Origin: Candidatus Solibacter sp.
GTDB lineage: Bacteria; Acidobacteriota; Terriglobia; Bryobacterales; Bryobacteraceae
Reading direction: 5' to 3'
Assembly: GCA_026394025.1 (NCBI GenBank)
Contig: JAPKZC010000317.1
Location: 1 to 34,462, forward strand
DNA: 34,462 bases
The position numbers were made by a program, and so were the translations under genes. Every line of letters starts with the position of its first letter. The first letter of the stretch is position 1. The notes beneath the pieces are model-generated. The model made no database searches. It saw only the letters and a list, made by a program, of their open reading frames with translations, and was not told where the DNA came from. Below, in pieces: positions 27,743-34,462 of this stretch.

Positions 27743-28663
27743 TCAGGCAAACGTCACGCTGTTTTCCGCCGCCACCTTCTGAATGTACTTCTTGCCCTCT
27801 TCGTATTCCTCGGCCGTCTTCAAGTGCTCCAGCATGAGCGGCGCATCCACCGGCAGCTTGGCGAGTTCCCGCCGGTACGCCGCGTAATCGAGACTGCCGC
27901 GTCCCGGAATTACTTCTACGAAATGCACGTTCAACTCCACCTTCCGCTCCAGGTCCTTGGCGTGGCAGGAGGCGATCCATGGACCCAGGGTGCTAAAACA
28001 CTCGCCAATGAATTCCGCGTTGCGGTAGAAGCGCGTGGGACTGTTGATACCATTGCACACGTCCATATGGACGCCGAAGGCCGGGCGGTCCACCGCCTTG
28101 ATCAGCTTCAAATAGCCGTCGGGACCATCGGGCACACTCCACCCCATGATCTCGAGGGTGAATTTGCTGCGCCTGGGTTTCACCGCATCGATCACGTTCC
28201 GGCAATTCTCCACGGTGGCGTCGAAGAACTCCTGGCTGAGATTCTTCGGGTGCGGGCCGTACCAGGACGCGGGGTTGTATGAGCCCGCGATATCCACGCA
28301 GCAGCGCGCGCCCACCGCCTCGGCGAGCGCCATGCGCTGCGCCACGTACTGCCGGTTCTCGCGGCGCTTATCGGCGTCGGGGTCCATCATGTTCTTCCAG
28401 GCGCCCACTTCGGCGATCACCACGTTCTCCGCCGCGAAGGCTTTCACAATCTCCTGATTGCGCGCCGCGTCCTCCACCTTGGACTCGGGACAGTAAGCCG
28501 CACTGTAACCCAGGCGGCGATGCTCGCGCGCCAGTTCCCGCGGGTCGTCGTTCTTCTTGAAGATGGGACCGCCCAAACGGACGGCGCGCGCCGCGGCCGG
28601 CGCCGAGCGGCCCGCCGCCAACACACCGGCCGCGGCCAGGAAAGTTCTTCGCGTCGAGATCAT
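27743..28663 (-). CDS. Sugar phosphate isomerase/epimerase (xylose-isomerase-like TIM barrel), Tat signal
   Basis: STRRTFLAA; metal ligands in FTLE, HMDVCN, CHAKD, LMLEH. Confidence 0.85.
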   Translation of the reverse strand: MISTRRTFLAAAGVLAAGRSAPAAARAVRLGGPIFKKNDDPRELAREHRRLGYSAAYCPESKVEDAARNQEIVKAFAAENVVIAEVGAWKNMMDPDADKRRENRQYVAQRMALAEAVGARCCVDIAGSYNPASWYGPHPKNLSQEFFDATVENCRNVIDAVKPRRSKFTLEIMGWSVPDGPDGYLKLIKAVDRPAFGVHMDVCNGINSPTRFYRNAEFIGECFSTLGPWIASCHAKDLERKVELNVHFVEVIPGRGSLDYAAYRRELAKLPVDAPLMLEHLKTAEEYEEGKKYIQKVAAENSVTFA

Positions 28664-28743
28664 GCAACGATTTTATCCATCTCTCCACTCGCGCGGGCGG
28701 CGGGTCGTGTGGCGAACGCTTCACTGCTGGTATATTGTGGTCC

Positions 28744-29220
28744 ATGAGCCCTGAGTGCCAATACTACGACTTTGCCAACCAGTTGCTCTCCAGCAAGGAA
28801 TTCTTCGAGCGCTCTACCAGAGTCCTCGATGAGGCAGACTCCGGCTTCCGTCCGCAGGACGGCATGATGACCGTCGGGCAGCACGTCGCGCACACGGCGC
28901 AGACTCTCGATTGGTTCATCGAGGGCGCATCCCGGCCTGAGGGTTTCGACCTCGATTTCGAGAAACACGCCAAGGCCCTCGATAGCATGACCTCGCTCTC
29001 CACCGCCCGCCAGATGCTCGAGACGGCATATGCGAACGCAATCCACTTTCTGCGCTCGCAGGATCTGGCACGGCCACTGCCGCCGGGCCCGGTCATGGGC
29101 GGCCAACCCATCAGCGAAATCGTGTGGGCCATGGTCGAACACACCGCGCATCATCGCCGCGCTCTAACCGTCTACTCCCGCCAACTCGGAAAAGTGCCCC
29201 CGATGCCTTACGGTGGCTGA
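28744..29220 (+). CDS. DinB/YfiT family protein
   Basis: FRPQDGMMTVGQHVAH and EHTAHHR...LTVYSRQLGKVPP. Confidence 0.85.
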   Translation: MSPECQYYDFANQLLSSKEFFERSTRVLDEADSGFRPQDGMMTVGQHVAHTAQTLDWFIEGASRPEGFDLDFEKHAKALDSMTSLSTARQMLETAYANAIHFLRSQDLARPLPPGPVMGGQPISEIVWAMVEHTAHHRRALTVYSRQLGKVPPMPYGG

Positions 29221-29235
29221 AGGGACCGCATCGAG

Positions 29236-32200
29236 CTACTCCCAGGCGCAGAGCGAATCGGTGTATGCGGCGGAGCCGTCGCGCAGCCAGGCGTCGAGTT
29301 GCGCGGGCTCTTTCAACTGCTGGCCGCGCTGGCGAGGCACCGCGATGAAGCGGCAGTGCAGTTCCGGGAGCGCGGTCATATCTCCCCAAAGCTTTTCGAA
29401 TTGCGCCACGGGGAAGACGTCCTCCTGACCTTTCCCCCAGCGCTTCTTCACGTCCTTGAGGGTGATGTAGGTGGGCATGCGCGCGGCCACGGCACGCACC
29501 GCATCGTTGACGCGGCCGCTATCGGCGAGCGTCCCGCGGGTCAGGCCGAAGACATCCAGCAGGCGATCGATATCCACCCAATAAGTGGCGCTATTGTAAT
29601 AAGACAGGCGCGATTCGAGTTCGTCGTCGGGCAGGGCCAGGCCCTCCACGAGGCGCACGCGGTCGTCAACCCGGGCGAGTCCGCCGCCGCGATCTTCCAG
29701 GTGGCGCGCAATCACTTCGGTGGTGAGCCCCGCGCCGCTGGCGATGTGCTGGCCCAGCAGCGCGGCGTCCACGTCCACCGCGGCGGTATCGATATTGTGC
29801 ACCAACAAATGATTCAGTTGTGGCCGCTCCGCGAGAAGGCGAAGCATCGTGCCGTTGCGCAGCAGGTTGGGCACTTCATACCAGTGCCCCACCGGATGGA
29901 GGCACTGCATGGGCAGATTGCCGGTATAGTTCGAGCCCTCTCCCGCCTGCGCGGCCCACCTGATAAGCGCGGCGTGCAAGCCCTCGCGGACCTTCTGCGC
30001 CTGCTCGTCCAGCATTTGTTGCGGCATCTCTTCCCAGGCAAAACGCAGGTCGCGCTCCATGGGGACCATGCGCAGGCCGATGATGCGTCCGGGCGATAGC
30101 AGCAGCGGGCCGGGGTAATGGCAATTGCCTTCGCGGGCGAGATGCTGCGCAATGGCATCATGCGTCAGGTAACTGGTGGTGACGATGTGCGGCAACAAAG
30201 TACCGCATTCGCGGCCCACGCGCAGGCTCTTAGCCAGATGCACTTCGATGAAGTTGCGGTGCCGCCCGCCGAGCTTGCAGAACGGGTTGAGCGCCTTGAC
30301 CGCGCCCGCGCCCTTGGTCCAGCGGCTGCCCACGCCGCCGGCGAGAGAGACCACGGCGACGCGTCCTTCGGTCAGCGCCTGCATGCCGAGAGCGCGATGG
30401 CGGGGATCGAGATCGTCCGGAGCCGCATCCTGAATGTGGCTGGTGACGGGCAGGCGATTCTGTGCGAGGCCAATGCGGCCGGAACGCAGATCGGTCTGGA
30501 CCTGCTCGTGCTGCACGCGGTCGAAGCCGTGGGTTTCGAGCAACGCTTCCAGGCTCAGAGCGCGGCCGGTCTGCTGAACCTGCGCGCGCGGCAGCAGGTG
30601 ATCGAAGAGGTTGTGCACCATGCCGGAGAAATCTTCCACGTTGCGGCAGGCGGCGGTGAAGCGTTCGAGTTCCGCGCGGCGTCCGGCGGAGAGGTTGCGC
30701 GATTCGGTGCGCAACAGCGGAGGCACGGCGAGCGTGTAATATCCGGCGGGCATGAGGGCGCTCTCGCCCGTGAGCATCCCCGCCTCGGTGCCGCGCTCAT
30801 TGATGGCGAAATTGTAGACCACCGGTTCCATGGCGAACGGCACCGAGTGCTCCATGTCGCGTTTGGTTTCGCTCATGATAGCCTGCATACGCTGCTGCGC
30901 TTCGGGCTTGCGCCGCGGGCTGAAGAGGAATCCCATGCCGCCGCCGGACATGCCGCCGAGCATCCAGAATCCCCAGAAGTGCTCGCCGAATTCGGCGCGC
31001 GCGCGGCGGATCAAGGTATCGGTATACAGGTTGCCGGCCCAGGGAATGATGGTCTGGATGGGTCCGTCGAAGTTCTTCTGGGTACACGCCCCAACGGCGC
31101 CGATATCGCCGTGCTCCAGGTGTCTCACCACTTCATCGAGGATGCCCATGGCCTGTTTGCGGCCCTGCCATTCGGTCTCCGAGCGCAGCAGGTATTTCTC
31201 GGTCACCATCTCCAGGATGGGCCCCACGTCCTGCGCCATGCCGCCGTGCACCAGCACGAGGCTCTGCTGCAATTTCTCGCGCGTCGATTGCGAAACCCGG
31301 TCGACGTTGAAGATCTCATGGTTGGGCAGCAGGCAGCCGCGGCTGATGCCGAATTCCGGGTCGCCCTCGCCCGCCTTGACGCCGTGGATCAACTTGATTC
31401 CCGGCCAGACGCCGCCGGAATCCTGCCAGCCGCCGCCGCTGCCGCCGAGCCATTCGCCTAGGATGGCGCGCGCGGCCACCAGACGGCGGTCGTGTTCCTC
31501 GAGTGAGCCGGTGAGCGCGTGGATCTGGTTGGTGGCGCGCATGCACACGGCAATCAGGCAGGCCAGCAAATTGGTGGAGACGGCGAGGCGCGAGCCCTTC
31601 GGAATGTCATTCACCTTGCTGACGATTTCGATGCCGTGGCCGGGCTTGCCGGTAAGCTGCGCAAGCAGTTCGGAGAGTGGCTGGGTGGCCCCCTCCATGC
31701 CCGGAGGCACAAGGCCGCTGGCGATTACGGCGGCCTTCAACAGGCCGAGATAGTCGCGCGCGAAATCGAAGACCTCGGCGATCGAGGTGACGTCGGCCGA
31801 GGCATGCAGATCCACGCTGGTGAGGCGCAGTACGGGTTCGTCGATGACGCGGAAGTAGGCTTCCACCGGCGGTTTCGGCTCGCCATCCTGCGTAGCGGCG
31901 CTGCGCACGGCGAGATCGATGGAGATGTTCAGCACTCGGGCGCCTTCGGGGAAATCCATGCCGAGGAAGAAAATGTCACTCCAGCCGCTGTGGGTCAGGT
32001 CCATGCGGACTGGTGTGGTTTCGCGCAGGATGGGGAAGACGGGCGCGCCGGCAAGAAGTTCGGGGCGCAGGCCCAGCGGGTAGTCGGCGGGATGCCCGGC
32101 ACGGAACATCCACTGGTTGCCGCGCACGCTGCGCACGCTGCGGCGCACCTGGTCGGCCAGCGTCTGGAAGGCGAGAGATTTGTAGCCGGCGGCGAGGGCG

Positions 32201-32538
32201 CTGGAGATGGCGGCGCTGCTCCCGCGCTCGGCTTGCGCGGCCAGGAAGAGGTCAATGGCCTCTTCGAAGCGGCGCTTGAGCAGGTTGGAATATCCTGTGA
32301 AGGGAATCTGCGCGGGCGTGCAGGCGGCGGGGCGCAAGGGAATGTGGAAGCGGTGTATGGCGTAGAGGAAGAAGAGCGCGCGCACGCGTTCGTAGAGGTT
32401 ATCGTTGGTGCGGCGGAAACGGTCGAGCGCCTGGCACTCGGCGAGTAACTCTTCGAGCGGCAAGTGGCGGCAGAGAGCGTCGAGCGAGCGGTCGCGCTGC
32501 TCGCCGCTCGCGGTAATCACGCCGGTGAGCAGGCTCAC
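29236..32538 (-). CDS. Bifunctional GHMP sugar kinase (fucokinase-like) + UDP-sugar pyrophosphorylase (UDPGP family)
   Basis: [36 protein letters not shown] (GHMP). [10 protein letters not shown]...[23 protein letters not shown] (UDPGP-like). The start overlaps the upstream stop (GTGA). Confidence 0.8.
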   Translation of the reverse strand: MSLLTGVITASGEQRDRSLDALCRHLPLEELLAECQALDRFRRTNDNLYERVRALFFLYAIHRFHIPLRPAACTPAQIPFTGYSNLLKRRFEEAIDLFLAAQAERGSSAAISSALAAGYKSLAFQTLADQVRRSVRSVRGNQWMFRAGHPADYPLGLRPELLAGAPVFPILRETTPVRMDLTHSGWSDIFFLGMDFPEGARVLNISIDLAVRSAATQDGEPKPPVEAYFRVIDEPVLRLTSVDLHASADVTSIAEVFDFARDYLGLLKAAVIASGLVPPGMEGATQPLSELLAQLTGKPGHGIEIVSKVNDIPKGSRLAVSTNLLACLIAVCMRATNQIHALTGSLEEHDRRLVAARAILGEWLGGSGGGWQDSGGVWPGIKLIHGVKAGEGDPEFGISRGCLLPNHEIFNVDRVSQSTREKLQQSLVLVHGGMAQDVGPILEMVTEKYLLRSETEWQGRKQAMGILDEVVRHLEHGDIGAVGACTQKNFDGPIQTIIPWAGNLYTDTLIRRARAEFGEHFWGFWMLGGMSGGGMGFLFSPRRKPEAQQRMQAIMSETKRDMEHSVPFAMEPVVYNFAINERGTEAGMLTGESALMPAGYYTLAVPPLLRTESRNLSAGRRAELERFTAACRNVEDFSGMVHNLFDHLLPRAQVQQTGRALSLEALLETHGFDRVQHEQVQTDLRSGRIGLAQNRLPVTSHIQDAAPDDLDPRHRALGMQALTEGRVAVVSLAGGVGSRWTKGAGAVKALNPFCKLGGRHRNFIEVHLAKSLRVGRECGTLLPHIVTTSYLTHDAIAQHLAREGNCHYPGPLLLSPGRIIGLRMVPMERDLRFAWEEMPQQMLDEQAQKVREGLHAALIRWAAQAGEGSNYTGNLPMQCLHPVGHWYEVPNLLRNGTMLRLLAERPQLNHLLVHNIDTAAVDVDAALLGQHIASGAGLTTEVIARHLEDRGGGLARVDDRVRLVEGLALPDDELESRLSYYNSATYWVDIDRLLDVFGLTRGTLADSGRVNDAVRAVAARMPTYITLKDVKKRWGKGQEDVFPVAQFEKLWGDMTALPELHCRFIAVPRQRGQQLKEPAQLDAWLRDGSAAYTDSLCAWE

Positions 32539-33374
32539 TGGCGGGCTCCTCCCGCGGCGGCGCGCAATTCGCGATCGGCGAGGAGTTCGAGCATTTGGGA
32601 GAGCACTTGCACGCGATCCTGCCCGTTGAGGGCCAATGCCAGTTGGGCGACCAGCAGTCCGTAGCGCGCGCCCAGATCGTAGCGGCGGCCCTCATCTTCC
32701 AGCGCGAGGAACTGCTCATGCCGCGCCAGTTCGGCAAGCGCGGCGGAAAGCGTGGGAGCGCCCTTTTCGAGGAATTCCATCACCGTGGGGGTAAGCACGT
32801 GGATACCGAAGAAGCAGAGGTAGTAGCCGGCGCGAATGCCGGGCACCATGAGACGCTGCTCGGCCTCGGTGGGAGTAGGCTTCTCGATAACGGTATCGAC
32901 GCGGTAGAGGTCGCTCCGGCCCTCAACGCGGCGTCCGGCGACGGTGCCGAAGCGCGGCAGCAGGCTCTCGCGCGTGGGCTGCACGCCGGAGACGGAGCAT
33001 TCCGCGGCTTCGGCGAGCGCCAGCAGGCGGTGGGCGGGGGGCTCCGTGCCGGCGGAAATGTAGAGATGGTCGCCCACCATGTGGAGGAAGGCGTCGGCGC
33101 CGGTGAACCCGCGGGCGCAGAGGATGGCGTTGCCATAGCCCTTCGGCTCGGGCTGGGGGACAAAACGCACCGCGGAAGCGTGCCGGCCGGCGGCGTCGGC
33201 GTAGCGGGCCTCGTCGCCGGGCCAGACGACGACGCAGATCTGCGCTGAGAGCGCCTGCTCGATCAGGATACTGAGAACGGGTTTCTCCTGCCCGTCGCGA
33301 TCGATGAGGGTCTGTAGCGGCAGCGCGCGCTGGCTCTGCCCGGCGGCGGTAATGACTGCTTTCTTGATGCGCAA
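32535..33374 (-). CDS. GalU/RmlA-like sugar-phosphate nucleotidyltransferase
   Basis: [40 protein letters not shown] start at 33374 with AGGAG 5 nt upstream. Confidence 0.82.
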   Translation of the reverse strand: MRIKKAVITAAGQSQRALPLQTLIDRDGQEKPVLSILIEQALSAQICVVVWPGDEARYADAAGRHASAVRFVPQPEPKGYGNAILCARGFTGADAFLHMVGDHLYISAGTEPPAHRLLALAEAAECSVSGVQPTRESLLPRFGTVAGRRVEGRSDLYRVDTVIEKPTPTEAEQRLMVPGIRAGYYLCFFGIHVLTPTVMEFLEKGAPTLSAALAELARHEQFLALEDEGRRYDLGARYGLLVAQLALALNGQDRVQVLSQMLELLADRELRAAAGGARQ

Positions 33375-33379
33375 AGAAG

Positions 33380-33424
33380 CTCCTGGGTGGGCAGACGCGA
33401 AGAGCTGCCCAGAAAACAATTGTA
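33380..33424 (-). promoter_or_regulatory. Promoter, 5'-UTR hairpin and RBS of the nucleotidyltransferase operon
   Basis: On the minus strand: TACAAT (33424-33419), hairpin TGGGCAG-N10-CTGCCCA (33411-33388), then AGGAG (33384-33380). Confidence 0.55.
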
Positions 33425-34462
33425 GCCCTCAGTGGCGACGGCTCCGCATTGGGCAGGGTGGATGACCGGGGACGGCCGGGGCTGGGTGAGTTGTGACGCA
33501 AACAGCGGGAGCTAGAGGGATTTCTCGTAGTGTGTAAGGTTCTTTTTTTGCTGCGGGTTGCGGGGAGGGCGGGAGATTCTGTGACGCAAACCGGAGGATC
33601 TCCCGGACGCCTCCGAGGGTACGGTGACCGGGGGATTGGGTGGAGGCCAGAAAGGCCGTCGGATTTGGGTGGGGTGCACATCTCGCCAATTCGAGCCTAG
33701 CACTGGGCCTGGACAGAGTCCGACTTTCAGATCTGCAAGTACCTGAAAAGATGGAAAAAAGAAAGGTGAAGTTTGCGTGATGGACTTGCAGAACTCGGCA
33801 CGAATTCGGGGTGTGCCCTTCCTGGTGGGGTTGGCGGCTCGGATTTTTGGAGAGCAAATTGCCGTCTACGGGGTTTTGCCGCGAGCCTGCGAGGTAGATG
33901 CTCTATTGATTGGGGTTCAATAAACACGTTCTTTGAATCCGCTTTACAATGCAAAGTACGAGCCCAAAGTACGGGCCGCAGGTGGGCGGCGGGAGGGCCA
34001 AAGGTCAATGGACGACAATGCCACTTTCGAGGAACTTGCCATGGACGGTTCCCAACGGGGTTCGTAAACACTAGCGTTTTTGGCGGGCGATCCGGTCAAC
34101 ACATTTGGCCCGCGTGGGGCCACTCTACGAGAAGGCGGTATCACGGCCCCAATCGGGTTGGCAACCCAATCCGGCCGGTGTTGGAAGGCGTTTGACTACC
34201 TGGCACAGGCCGCTTCGGGACCACTACCGATTGGCCATCCAGAGTTATCGCATCGCCCGACTGGCGCTTTGCGAAACCTGTTTTCACGCAGGGCATCTTG
34301 CGGTAGGCCGCAGTAGCAGCATTACAGCGCGATTTCCGCCGCGCCTGGCTCCGTTCATGGAAATTCTCAACCGGCATCAGGTCACTGCCGGACTGGCCGT
34401 CAACTCCGATGTCCTTGCCGGATGTGACACCACTTCTCGCCCCTGTCCGCCGAAACTAGAAA

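Noticed and set aside
33492..33610. GACGCAAA resembling the c-di-GMP-I (GEMM) riboswitch core
   Set aside because: The upstream GGCAAA/GAAA-tetraloop stem is absent; an Infernal search would settle it.
1..34462. CRISPR array, tRNA, rRNA, integrase or intact transposase
   Set aside because: No regularly spaced repeats, cloverleaf or recombinase motifs found by eye.

Overview
GC-rich bacterial DNA, probably Acidobacteriota (Bryobacterales/Solibacter-like); this is inferred from the ADOP-type permease, several Tat-signal proteins and GTAG/GTGG REP-like hairpins. The left ~7.3 kb is an accessory module and the best candidate for an undescribed system. It encodes a TIR + PLD-fold(DUF5919-like) + divergent DUF89/ARMT1-like phosphatase fusion, a HAD hydrolase, a membrane-anchored NACHT-HEAT NLR-like protein, a YfcE-type metallophosphoesterase, and a second stand-alone paralog of the same DUF89-like domain. 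That last gene is absent from the ORF track because it runs off the left edge. The rest is core and metabolic: NCS1 permease, MFS, TPR and membrane proteins, YdcF, TrmH, RarA, a GH109/SSS/GalK(GALK2-like) sugar cluster, RlmN, M16 peptidase, ADOP permease, D-threonine-aldolase-like enzyme, sugar isomerase, DinB, and a GHMP-kinase/UDP-sugar pyrophosphorylase fusion with a GalU-like partner. About 1 kb of apparently non-coding DNA follows. Several genes carry short tandem duplications or apparent deletions (possible assembly artefacts), and many appear leaderless. All family calls are by eye from motifs; no searches were run.
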